From positions 32,001 through 96,000 of the forward strand of contig JBEIPA010000008.1 in assembly GCA_040377305.1 (NCBI GenBank): a DNA stretch of 64,000 nt, read 5' to 3'. The notes below the pieces were generated by a model. It ran no database searches. It saw only the letters and a list, made by a program, of their open reading frames with translations, and had not been told where the DNA came from. The DNA is from Flavobacteriales bacterium (GTDB lineage: Bacteria > Bacteroidota > Bacteroidia > Palsa-965). A program made the position numbers and the translations under genes. Of the stretch, positions 49,320 through 58,290 are shown piece by piece (the stretch's first letter is position 1; each line of letters opens with the position of its first letter).

Positions 49320-50410
49320 TGTTGTCGAAAATATTCCCGATACTCGATCGATACATCCTGAGAAAATTTCTCGGCACATTCTTCTTTTCAATTCTCCTCA
49401 TCATTTGCATCGTCATCGTTTTCGACATCTCGGAAAAGATTGAGGATTTTATTTCGCATGATGTTCCGCTGGGTGAAATTGTGTTCGATTACTACGCGAA
49501 CTTCATCCCCTACTTCATCAATCTGTTCAGTCATCTTTTCACATTCATTGCCGTGATTTTCTTCACCTCAAGAATGGCCGCACGAACGGAAGTTGTCGCA
49601 ATCCTCAGCGGTGGTGTAAGTTTCTGGAGATTTCTTCGTCCGTATATGGTGGGTGCTGCACTTATCGGCGGACTTTCCTTCTACCTCGGCAACTGGCTTA
49701 TTCCGCAGGCCAATAAAACGCGTCTCGAGTTCGAATCCAAATATGTAGGTGCGCGATTCATCAATACAGACCGGAACATCCACCGACAGATTGCTCCGGG
49801 TGTATTCATTTACATGGAAGATTACGACAACGAAAAGAATGTCGGAACGCGTTTTACACTCGAGAAATTCGACGGAATGAACCGTCCACTTAAAATTGAT
49901 GCCCGCGAAATTCGTTACGACAGTACAACCGAACGTTGGACAATTCTCGATTACGTTGGTCGTTACACCGACGAGCGCGAAGAAGTTCTTTTTGCGGGAC
50001 AACGAATTGATACTGCAATAAATATTAGTCCGAAAGATTTTAGTCGCGCGCAAAACGTGATGGAAAGCATGGAGACATCAGAACTCGTACGATACATTGA
50101 GAATGAAAGACTGAAAGGTTCTGAGAACGTAAAGTACTACGAGATTGAACGTCACCGCAGAATTGCATTCCCGTTTGCTACGTTCATCATGACCATGCTA
50201 GGCGTTGCAGTATCAAGCAGAAAAGTTCGCGGTGGTATCGGATTGCAGATCGCACTTGGAATCGCGATTGGATTCATCTTCGTTCTCTTCATGCAGGTTT
50301 TCACATCTTATGCAGCTTCGGGATCAATGCCAGCTTCGATTGCTGTATGGATTCCTAATGTGATTTTCGCAGGACTCGCTTTGGTGATGCTGAGAATGGC
50401 GCCGAAATAA
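49319..50410 (+). CDS. LptF/LptG family LPS export permease
   Basis: LDRYIL, E..AILSGGVS..R...P, 3+3 TM layout, AVWIPN. Confidence 0.92.
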   Translation: MLSKIFPILDRYILRKFLGTFFFSILLIICIVIVFDISEKIEDFISHDVPLGEIVFDYYANFIPYFINLFSHLFTFIAVIFFTSRMAARTEVVAILSGGVSFWRFLRPYMVGAALIGGLSFYLGNWLIPQANKTRLEFESKYVGARFINTDRNIHRQIAPGVFIYMEDYDNEKNVGTRFTLEKFDGMNRPLKIDAREIRYDSTTERWTILDYVGRYTDEREEVLFAGQRIDTAINISPKDFSRAQNVMESMETSELVRYIENERLKGSENVKYYEIERHRRIAFPFATFIMTMLGVAVSSRKVRGGIGLQIALGIAIGFIFVLFMQVFTSYAASGSMPASIAVWIPNVIFAGLALVMLRMAPK

Positions 50411-50422
50411 TTTGAGATCAAA

Positions 50423-51244
50423 TCACAGGGACATCCCGAATGTTCGAATCTTCGGATCTTCAAATTGCAGATCAGGAATGGTCTCGAAAAGTCCGTATAC
50501 TGCAGATCCACTCCCGCTCATCGATGCGTAAACAGCTCCTGATTCATAGAGCTTACGTTTCACTACTGCAATTTCAGGATGCGCTGTGAATACAGTTTTC
50601 TCAAAATCGTTAACGAGTAAATTCTTCCAGCTTGCTATCGGATGTTTTGTTACGACGTCAAGACAATTGTAAACCGGAATTCCGGGAATGATATTGGCGA
50701 AAGCGGTTGAAGTTGCAACATGAATTCCCGGATATACAATCGCCACATAATACCCCGCAAGCGACAAATCAATCGGTGTGAATTTATCTCCCCGCTCTTC
50801 GGCGAATACCGGTTTGCCTTCCACGAAAAAAGCGCAATCGGATCCAATCTTCATTAATAGTGCTCGCATGTCATCATCCGAAATTCCCAGCGAAAAAAGT
50901 TCATTCATTTTCTTCACGAAGAAAGCTGCATCTGAAGATCCTCCGCCCAATCCTGCACCCATCGGAATTTGTTTGTGCAGATAGAGTTTCACAGATCGCA
51001 CGTTATAATTCTGTCTCAGCAACTGGTAAGCTTTCACGCACAAATTATCGGCGTGCTTTCCTGCAACAGGCAATCCGGTCATGTGCACTTCAATTCCTTT
51101 GCTGTGTTGAGGACCCGGAAGAATTTCCATCACATCGCACCACTGCACGGGATAGAAAACCGTTTCGAGATTATGATAGCCGTCGTCGCGTTTTGAAACG
51201 ACGTTCAGACCGAAATTAATTTTTGCATGCGGATAGACGATCAC
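50423..51244 (-). CDS. ispE: 4-diphosphocytidyl-2-C-methyl-D-erythritol kinase
   Basis: AKINFGL, IPMGAGLGGGSSDAA, GSDC, NDFE, MSGSGS; GTG start at 51244. Confidence 0.96.
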   Translation of the reverse strand: MIVYPHAKINFGLNVVSKRDDGYHNLETVFYPVQWCDVMEILPGPQHSKGIEVHMTGLPVAGKHADNLCVKAYQLLRQNYNVRSVKLYLHKQIPMGAGLGGGSSDAAFFVKKMNELFSLGISDDDMRALLMKIGSDCAFFVEGKPVFAEERGDKFTPIDLSLAGYYVAIVYPGIHVATSTAFANIIPGIPVYNCLDVVTKHPIASWKNLLVNDFEKTVFTAHPEIAVVKRKLYESGAVYASMSGSGSAVYGLFETIPDLQFEDPKIRTFGMSL

Positions 51245-51257
51245 GATGTAAAGATAA

Positions 51258-51370
51258 GATGGGAGATCGGAGTTGGGAGACGGGAGAAACACTAAAACCT
51301 TTAAATTAATTGAAACTTCGAAGGTTTGATTAGTTCCACACACCCGTCTCCCATCTTCCGTCTCCGATCT
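51258..51370. repeat. 7-mer tandem-unit hairpin between divergent ispE and accA
   Basis: GGGAGAT-CGGAGTT-GGGAGAC-GGGAGA / CCCGTCT-CCCATCT-TCCGTCT-CCGATCT. Confidence 0.85.
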
Positions 51371-51387
51371 ATTCCTATCTTTGCCCC

Positions 51388-52341
51388 ATGAATTACTTAG
51401 ACTTTGAAAAGCCTATTGCCGAGCTCGTGGAGCTGCGCGATAAAATGAAGACTACTGCGGCGAAGAACGGCGTAGATGTGACTTCATCTTTGGCAGAAAT
51501 CGAAGAAAAAATCGTTACCAAGCAGAAAGAAATCTACGGTAATCTTACACCGTGGCAACGTGTGCAGGTATCGCGCCACCCAGATCGTCCTTATTCAAAC
51601 GACTATATCAAGTATTTCACGAACGGCGAATACATGGAACTCCATGGCGACCGCACAGTGAAAGACGATCACGCAATGATTGGCGGATTCGGATTGATGG
51701 ATGGACAAACAGTCATGTTCATCGGTCAGCAAAAAGGCCGCAACACAAAACAACGTCAGTACCACAACTTCGGAATGCCAAATCCGGAAGGATATCGTAA
51801 GGCATTACGTCTGATGCGACTCGCGGAAAAATTCAACAAGCCGGTTGTAACCTTGATTGATACTCCGGGCGCTTATCCTGGTCTGGAAGCTGAAGAGCGT
51901 GGACAAGGTGAGGCGATTGCGAGAAATCTTCTCGAGATGTCGCGCCTGAAAGTTCCTATCATCTGCATCATTATTGGTGAAGGTGCATCTGGTGGAGCAC
52001 TCGGAATAGGCATTGGTGATCGCGTATTGATGCTACAAAATTCATGGTACTCGGTAATTTCTCCGGAGAACTGTTCTACTATTCTGTGGAGAACATGGGA
52101 TTTCAAAGAGCGTGCAGCTGAAGCGCTGAAGCTTACAGGCGTGGATATGTTATCACAGGGATTAGTTGACGGTGTAATCGAAGAACCTGTTGGAGGTGCG
52201 CACACAAACTGGGATGCGACATTCGAAACAACCAAGCAGACCATCATTTCTCATTTGAAAGAACTTGGAAAACTCAGCGTTGCAGACCGTGTTGAGCAGC
52301 GCATTGAGAAGTTCTGTAAGATGGGTGTTGTCATTGAATAG
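51388..52341 (+). CDS. accA: Acetyl-CoA carboxylase carboxyltransferase alpha subunit
   Basis: [37 protein letters not shown]. Confidence 0.98.
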   Translation: MNYLDFEKPIAELVELRDKMKTTAAKNGVDVTSSLAEIEEKIVTKQKEIYGNLTPWQRVQVSRHPDRPYSNDYIKYFTNGEYMELHGDRTVKDDHAMIGGFGLMDGQTVMFIGQQKGRNTKQRQYHNFGMPNPEGYRKALRLMRLAEKFNKPVVTLIDTPGAYPGLEAEERGQGEAIARNLLEMSRLKVPIICIIIGEGASGGALGIGIGDRVLMLQNSWYSVISPENCSTILWRTWDFKERAAEALKLTGVDMLSQGLVDGVIEEPVGGAHTNWDATFETTKQTIISHLKELGKLSVADRVEQRIEKFCKMGVVIE

Positions 52342-52376
52342 TTCCCTACTTCTACTTTAACAACAGCAGCAATCGC

Positions 52377-52468
52377 AATTCGAAGATTCGATAATTTGAA
52401 GATTCGAATAGTGCAACCTTATTTATTTGGGTAGCGCTTGAATTTTCGAATCTTCAAATTTTCAAATA
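52377..52468. repeat. 8-mer tandem-unit hairpin (TT(C/T)GA core) between convergent genes
   Basis: TTCGAAGA-TTCGATAA-TTTGAAGA-TTCGAATA / TTGAATTT-TCGAATCT-TCAAATTT-TCAAAT. Confidence 0.8.
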
Positions 52469-52469
52469 G

Positions 52470-53747
52470 TCATCGGTTGTACCACAATTCAATGTCCCGC
52501 ACTGAATCCGCCAGAGAAATCTGATCAATTACATTTGTGCCGGGATAATCATACCGCTTCACGTTTGATCCTTCTGCAGTAAAAACTGTTCCTTCTGCAT
52601 GATCATATCGAACCTGTTGTGCGGAAACAGAATTCCAGACAAGTACTCCTACCGGTGCATACGTGAATGTGTACACGTTTCCATTATCCATGGATAAAAG
52701 CAAAGTGTTTGCATTTATTTCTGCAACAGAAAGTAATTTCCCCGCGGGCAATGCAATCGGCTCCCAGGTTCCATTCATATTGTAATCGTAAATGAGGAGT
52801 TTGCCTTGTCCAGCGAGATTTCCTGCAACGTAAACTGTGGTTTCATCGCGAGGTAGAAGTGCGATCGGATCAATGGAAAGAATGGTTTGCTGAATGGCTC
52901 CTCCACCACCTACATAAACACCCATGATTCTGGAATTCCCCGTAGCGTCTACCTGATCGGCATAGAGCTTACTGCCGGAGAAAGCGAAATTGCGGAAGAA
53001 ATATCCGTTGTTCGCATTATAGCTCGTGCTGATAGTTCCATTCCACGTACAGGCTTTAATTACTCCATCTGCGCGATAATTGATCAACCAATCGCGCTCA
53101 TGTGCAATTACGTTTCCCCAATAAGCACCTGTACTCGGAAAAGGATTGATTGTCCACCCGGCGTAATTTCCCAGCGGAATGCAACGCGTTAAACCGGTGA
53201 CAGCACCAGTCATAACTACCTGTTGCCAGTAATTGCTTACCGCAACATCCGTGAAATCGCCATTGAATGTCCCGAGACTGAATGAAGTCCACGATGTGTC
53301 AATCTTGTGAACAGTAACAAATCCAGGAAGCGTAGTAACCGCAATCACACCTTTTAATTCACGAGGCGATTCCGTGATGTTCAGTAACACAAAATCCTTC
53401 GCATTATTTCGCGCCGCATCATGCACAGTTGCATGCAAATAATATTGACCCGAGAGCAAAGAGAGATCGTCCAGAAAATACTCCAACTGTATTGTTCCAC
53501 CCGAACCGCTGACAGCAATCGTTGCCGTGGACATTGCGGGAATCAGATTTACATCCGTGAGTTTGACTTCGATTTCCGATAGCTCTACATCATCGGCAAC
53601 TTCAATGACGATGCGTATCGTATCTCCTACATCATATTGCGCACCATCCGCAGGTGAGGTAATCTCGATTGCGGGATCCTGAGTGTCCCCGCCCTTCTTG
53701 CAGGAAAAGAACAGGATCAAACAAAGCAAAGAAATGGTCAAACGCAT
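52470..53747 (-). CDS. Lipoprotein with Ig-like N-domain and probable beta-propeller
   Basis: Lipobox FFSC; P.IEITSP..G...GDTI...DD..L; beta-rich C-terminal half. Confidence 0.7.
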   Translation of the reverse strand: MRLTISLLCLILFFSCKKGGDTQDPAIEITSPADGAQYDVGDTIRIVIEVADDVELSEIEVKLTDVNLIPAMSTATIAVSGSGGTIQLEYFLDDLSLLSGQYYLHATVHDAARNNAKDFVLLNITESPRELKGVIAVTTLPGFVTVHKIDTSWTSFSLGTFNGDFTDVAVSNYWQQVVMTGAVTGLTRCIPLGNYAGWTINPFPSTGAYWGNVIAHERDWLINYRADGVIKACTWNGTISTSYNANNGYFFRNFAFSGSKLYADQVDATGNSRIMGVYVGGGGAIQQTILSIDPIALLPRDETTVYVAGNLAGQGKLLIYDYNMNGTWEPIALPAGKLLSVAEINANTLLLSMDNGNVYTFTYAPVGVLVWNSVSAQQVRYDHAEGTVFTAEGSNVKRYDYPGTNVIDQISLADSVRDIELWYNR

Positions 53748-53827
53748 ATCATAAAGTTAGGGATTTGACGGCGGTTTCACGAACCTGCATACTCCTAATT
53801 CTCGCATCATTTAACTACTTTAGCCTG

Positions 53828-53941
53828 ATGTACATCCCGCGGAATTTTAATAAGGAAAATCAGAATGAACTGCCGGGATTTGTGCGCACGAATTCATTCG
53901 GAGAGTCGGGATCAACCGGGGTAAAATATCCGCAAAACTGA
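53828..53941 (+). pseudogene. N-terminal remnant of a PaiB-like FMN-binding regulator
   Basis: MYIPRNFNKENQNELPGFVRTNSFG matches the family N-terminus, then stops at 37 aa; -7-like box retained. Confidence 0.62.
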
Positions 53942-54855
53942 TGAGAAAATTTATTTACGGTGCGAGTGTTGTGTGCTTTTTATTCTGCACTGCATTCACA
54001 AATTACACGTCAACGGCTTCCGGACTTCCCAACACAGAAGTGTGGATGTTCAAATATTCCTATGAACAAGGAACGTACAAAATGCTGTCGGGATTCAACT
54101 TGAGTAATCACGAAGGATATGATAGTCAACCTTCGTTCTCTGAGAACGGAAGCTATATGCTTTGGACTTCGGAGCGCGACAGCGGACAGACGGAAATCTA
54201 TCGCTACGATCTCACGGGTAAATCGAGTACACGTTTAACACAAACGGGAGTTAGCGAATACTCTCCGACATACATGGAGGGTGGACGATTCATTTCATGT
54301 GTTGTTGTCGAGGCAGATTCCACGCAGCGTTTATGGAAATACAACAAAGTGAGCATGAAGTCGGAAGTGCTATTTCCGAAAGTTACGGGAGTCGGTTATC
54401 ACACCTGGATGGATGACAAAACCATTTTCATGTTTCAGCTAACAACACCGTTCAGCCTGATCATGTGTGATACGCGTACTCAGGTTACACGCACAATCGC
54501 AACCAATATCGGTCGCTGCATGAATACCTACAAAACCAATAAGCGAAAGATTTTGTTGTATGTGCAGATCGATGCGGAAGGGAAGAAATGGATCAAGGCT
54601 GTCGACATCAACGGTCAACCTGCACCCGAGCTTGCACCCATTCCTTGTCTGGATGGATCGGAAGATTATGGTGTCGACAAACGAGGTTTCCTGATGATGG
54701 CTTCCGGCTCCAAATTATATTCCTGGAAAATGGGAGTAGATACCAGCTGGCAACTTGCTGCTGATCTTTCGAGCTACAACGTGACCAATGTTTCCCGAAT
54801 TACTTTTAGTCCGGACGGCACGCATCTTGCTGTCGTGAACAATTCAAATCCATGA
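53941..54855 (+). CDS. TolB-like (PD40) beta-propeller protein
   Basis: GYDSQPSF, SEYSPT, GVGYH.W, SRITFSPDG. Confidence 0.8.
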   Translation: MRKFIYGASVVCFLFCTAFTNYTSTASGLPNTEVWMFKYSYEQGTYKMLSGFNLSNHEGYDSQPSFSENGSYMLWTSERDSGQTEIYRYDLTGKSSTRLTQTGVSEYSPTYMEGGRFISCVVVEADSTQRLWKYNKVSMKSEVLFPKVTGVGYHTWMDDKTIFMFQLTTPFSLIMCDTRTQVTRTIATNIGRCMNTYKTNKRKILLYVQIDAEGKKWIKAVDINGQPAPELAPIPCLDGSEDYGVDKRGFLMMASGSKLYSWKMGVDTSWQLAADLSSYNVTNVSRITFSPDGTHLAVVNNSNP

Positions 54856-55199
54856 AATACGAACACAAGGATGCCCCGTTGGCCAGCAAAGAAAAATTCG
54901 CCAAACGATTATGGCGAAACATTTTCATTGCTGCTGTACTAATCGGTATCAGTATTTTGATCGGAACAGTAGGATATCACATCCTGGGTAAACTCCCGTG
55001 GATTGATTCATTTCTGAATGCGTCAATGATATTAACCGGAATGGGTCCTGTTGATAGAATGGAGACCGAGGGTGCAAAGTTGTTTGCCGCACTTTATTCA
55101 TTATTCAGCGGGATTGCGTTTCTCACGACGATTGGTTTTGTACTTGCTCCGTTATTGCATAGGGCAATGCACAGGTTTCACATTGGAGACGAAGATTAA
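54852..55199 (+). CDS. Small two-TM protein with potassium-channel-like pore helix
   Basis: TM1-GYH...WIDSFLNASMILTGMGP-TM2. Confidence 0.7.
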   Translation: MKYEHKDAPLASKEKFAKRLWRNIFIAAVLIGISILIGTVGYHILGKLPWIDSFLNASMILTGMGPVDRMETEGAKLFAALYSLFSGIAFLTTIGFVLAPLLHRAMHRFHIGDED

Positions 55200-55639
55200 T
55201 GGTAACAGAATTCATCATCAGCGAAGACAAATCAAAACTCGACGTGGAGTTCATTCACCGAGAACTTGCAGAGAGCTATTGGGCAAAGAAAATTCCGCGT
55301 CGCACCGTCGAAAAAGGAATCGAACATTCCATGTGCTTCGGAATTTATGATGGAGCATTACAGATTGGCTTCGCACGTGTTATCACTGATCGCGCAACGT
55401 TTGCATACTTGTGCGATGTGATCATCACACAAAATTACCGAGGTCGTGGTGCAGGAAAACAGCTGATGACTTACATCATGGCTCATCCCGAACTGCAGGG
55501 CTTGAGACGATTTACGTTGGGCACATTGGATGCTCATGATCTTTACAAAAAATTTGGTTTCGCTTCTCCGCGATTCCCTGAACGCCAGATGGAGATTTCT
55601 ATCCCCGGTATTTACGAAAAATTGAATGACAACCAATAA
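55199..55639 (+). CDS. GNAT acetyltransferase
   Basis: SYWA, QIGFARVITD, YRGRGAGK, LYKKFGF. Confidence 0.93.
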   Translation: MVTEFIISEDKSKLDVEFIHRELAESYWAKKIPRRTVEKGIEHSMCFGIYDGALQIGFARVITDRATFAYLCDVIITQNYRGRGAGKQLMTYIMAHPELQGLRRFTLGTLDAHDLYKKFGFASPRFPERQMEISIPGIYEKLNDNQ

Positions 55640-55643
55640 CGCT

Positions 55644-57731
55644 ATGAAGAACCATACCCTATTCTTCCTTCTCTTCGCTGTAATTGCATTTTCCGGAACA
55701 CCGGCACCACAGCTTCATCCTTCGGTGACAACAGCTAATCCGTTGATGCCACAATGGAATGAACTTTACAATTTTACTGCACTCACTGAAGCACAAATTA
55801 ACAGTGCAGCAATGTATAGCGAGAATAACGTCACCATGCTGATTTCAACAGTGGCCGGCGTTGACAGTGCAAAGCGAACTTTCGAAAACACCATGTTGGT
55901 TGTTGACGATATATTCAATGTCTTGCAGAAACAACAATCCGTGTACGAGCTGCTCGTGAATACGCACACCGATAAAAAGATGCGTGATCTTACGGGACAA
56001 AAACTCGAGCGGTTTACGACATTGATTGATCAGCTTTTTCTGAATGAGCAGCTTTATCGCTCCGTAAGTGAATATTCCGCAAGTGCCGAAGCAAAATCAT
56101 TAAGCGGTGAACGCAAGTTCTTTCTCGATAAAATCATGCGTGACTTTTTGCGCAATGGTATGAAACTGGCGAAAGGTGAACGCGACAAACTGAAAGTTCT
56201 GAATCAGGAAATCAACGAGCTTGGGGTTTCCTTCACCAAGAATATTTCCACGAACAAAGACAAAGTAATCGTGAAGAGCGATGCGGTTGCCGGCCTGACT
56301 GAAGAATTTCTGAAGCCCTATCGCAAAGGAAAAGACACGTTGATCTTCGATTTGTCTACTCCAACTTACACCGCAATCATGTCGCAATGTAAGAACGCTG
56401 CAACCCGTCAGAAAATGTACATGGCGAAAATGAATGTTGGTGGCGCAGCAAATGAAGAAATCCTTGCCAAGATTCTTGCGAAGCGGACTGAAAAAGCCAA
56501 AATCCTTGGTTACAATACGTACGCAGAGTTTGCAACGGGTGATATTATGTCGGGCAATCCGGCTCGTGTCTGGGATTTCGAGAAAGGCCTCGCAGCTGAT
56601 TTACGTCCGAAAGCACAGGCAGACCTGAACAAGCTTCTTGCTCTGAAGTCGGCAGAAACCGGCAATGAAGAAGTGGCGCTCATGCCTTACGAAGCGGCGT
56701 ACTACACCACGCGATTACTCGAGAAAGATTTCAATGTTGATCCGGAAAAAGTGAAAGAATATTTTCCGATGCAGGCGTGTATCGATGGGATTTTCAGTGT
56801 GTACCAGAAAATCTACGATGTACGTTTCGTGAAAGACGAGAAAGCAAATACCTGGCACAAAGATGTTGTTGCGTATTCGGTTTACGACAACAAGTTGAAT
56901 GCGCTTATCGGTTACTTCTATCTGGATTTATATCCGCGTGCCGATAAGTACAATCACTTTGGATGTTTCGGTCTTACCGGATCGAAAACATTCCTCACCG
57001 GTAACAAGCAATTAAAAACGGCCGCGCTGGTTTGTAATTTCCCACAGCCCACTGCGGAAAAACCTTCTTTGTTGCCGCATTCGATGGTGACCACGTTCTT
57101 CCACGAGTTTGGACACCTCATGCATGTAATTCTCAGTGAAACAGAACTCGCTGCATTTGCAGGAACGAATGTTGCAATTGATTTTGTTGAGGCACCTTCG
57201 CAAATCATGGAGAACTGGGCGTGGCAGAAAGAGGTGCTTTCTCTTTTCGCGAAGCACTACAAGACGGGTGAAGTGATTCCTTCTGACCTTGTGGATCGCA
57301 TGATAAGCGCGCGTACCGCAAACTCCGGATTGAATGCGCTACAACAAGTTTACTACGGCACGTTGGATTTCACACTTAACGACAATCCGAAGCCTCCTGA
57401 TGCAATCGGAATTTACGAGTTGAATGCAAGGCTACAGAATCAAATCACACTGTACCCGTGGGTGGAAGGAACCCACTTCGCCGGAGGATTTGGTCACCTG
57501 AACGGTTATGGATCGAAATACTACGGCTATCTGTGGTCGCTGGTGTACTCCTGCGATATGTTCTCCGAATTCGAAAAGAAAGGTGCACTTGCTCCGGAAA
57601 TGGGCGCACGATACAGAACGGAAGTACTGTCGAAAGGTGGAAGCAACGACGCACTGAAACTGGTGTCGAATTTCCTCGGACGTGAGCCGAACAATAAGGC
57701 GTTTTTGAAATACCTGGGATTAGGGAAATAA
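55644..57731 (+). CDS. Secreted M3A oligopeptidase (thimet/OpdA-like)
   Basis: DLYPR..K, FHEFGH..H, DFVEAPSQ, YYGYLWS. Confidence 0.93.
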   Translation: MKNHTLFFLLFAVIAFSGTPAPQLHPSVTTANPLMPQWNELYNFTALTEAQINSAAMYSENNVTMLISTVAGVDSAKRTFENTMLVVDDIFNVLQKQQSVYELLVNTHTDKKMRDLTGQKLERFTTLIDQLFLNEQLYRSVSEYSASAEAKSLSGERKFFLDKIMRDFLRNGMKLAKGERDKLKVLNQEINELGVSFTKNISTNKDKVIVKSDAVAGLTEEFLKPYRKGKDTLIFDLSTPTYTAIMSQCKNAATRQKMYMAKMNVGGAANEEILAKILAKRTEKAKILGYNTYAEFATGDIMSGNPARVWDFEKGLAADLRPKAQADLNKLLALKSAETGNEEVALMPYEAAYYTTRLLEKDFNVDPEKVKEYFPMQACIDGIFSVYQKIYDVRFVKDEKANTWHKDVVAYSVYDNKLNALIGYFYLDLYPRADKYNHFGCFGLTGSKTFLTGNKQLKTAALVCNFPQPTAEKPSLLPHSMVTTFFHEFGHLMHVILSETELAAFAGTNVAIDFVEAPSQIMENWAWQKEVLSLFAKHYKTGEVIPSDLVDRMISARTANSGLNALQQVYYGTLDFTLNDNPKPPDAIGIYELNARLQNQITLYPWVEGTHFAGGFGHLNGYGSKYYGYLWSLVYSCDMFSEFEKKGALAPEMGARYRTEVLSKGGSNDALKLVSNFLGREPNNKAFLKYLGLGK

Positions 57732-58226
57732 TTATCCCGCCTTTTTCCTCGGGATCAGCACATAACTCATTTCATTTGTAGCCTGATCGATGTGCAGGAT
57801 CATTCGTACACCATCGTATGTTGTATCGATGAGCGAACAGGTTCCAAGCGGAACTTTCTTCCCGCAACTCATTTTTGGAAAATCAAGCTTGAGTGATGCA
57901 AGTGCGTTTGCAATTTCTGTTTTACCGCTTACGTACACGAACACGTAGCTCAGGGTGCTATCGCAGAATTCATATTCAACTCTTGAGGCTGAATATCCGT
58001 CGAGCTTTAGATTTTGAGCTTTGCTGTAATACATGTGACAACGCGTGTTACGCAAATAAAGTGCGGTGTCAGCATAGGCCGAAGAAGTATCCAGCATCAA
58101 TTGAGGTGCAATGAGCTCACTGAGCTTCATTCCAAAGCGAATTCCATTCAGCCCGAGATGATCAAGCTTCTGCGCGGAAAGTCCACATGAAAGAAGGATT
58201 AAGAAAACGACCAGCGAACGCCTCAT
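57732..58226 (-). CDS. Hypothetical secreted protein
   Basis: Signal peptide MRRSLVVFLILLSCGLSAQ; GIRFGM. Confidence 0.65.
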   Translation of the reverse strand: MRRSLVVFLILLSCGLSAQKLDHLGLNGIRFGMKLSELIAPQLMLDTSSAYADTALYLRNTRCHMYYSKAQNLKLDGYSASRVEYEFCDSTLSYVFVYVSGKTEIANALASLKLDFPKMSCGKKVPLGTCSLIDTTYDGVRMILHIDQATNEMSYVLIPRKKAG

Positions 58227-58290
58227 CACAGTAAAAATAAGAATAAGGAATGAGGAATGAAGGATGTGGGAAGGGAAAGTAGCGTGCTTG

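Noticed and set aside
51245-51343. N-terminal extension of IspE (likewise 58227-58379 and 23711-23836)
   Set aside because: Translates repeat or promoter DNA or overlaps a neighbouring gene; better starts lie downstream.
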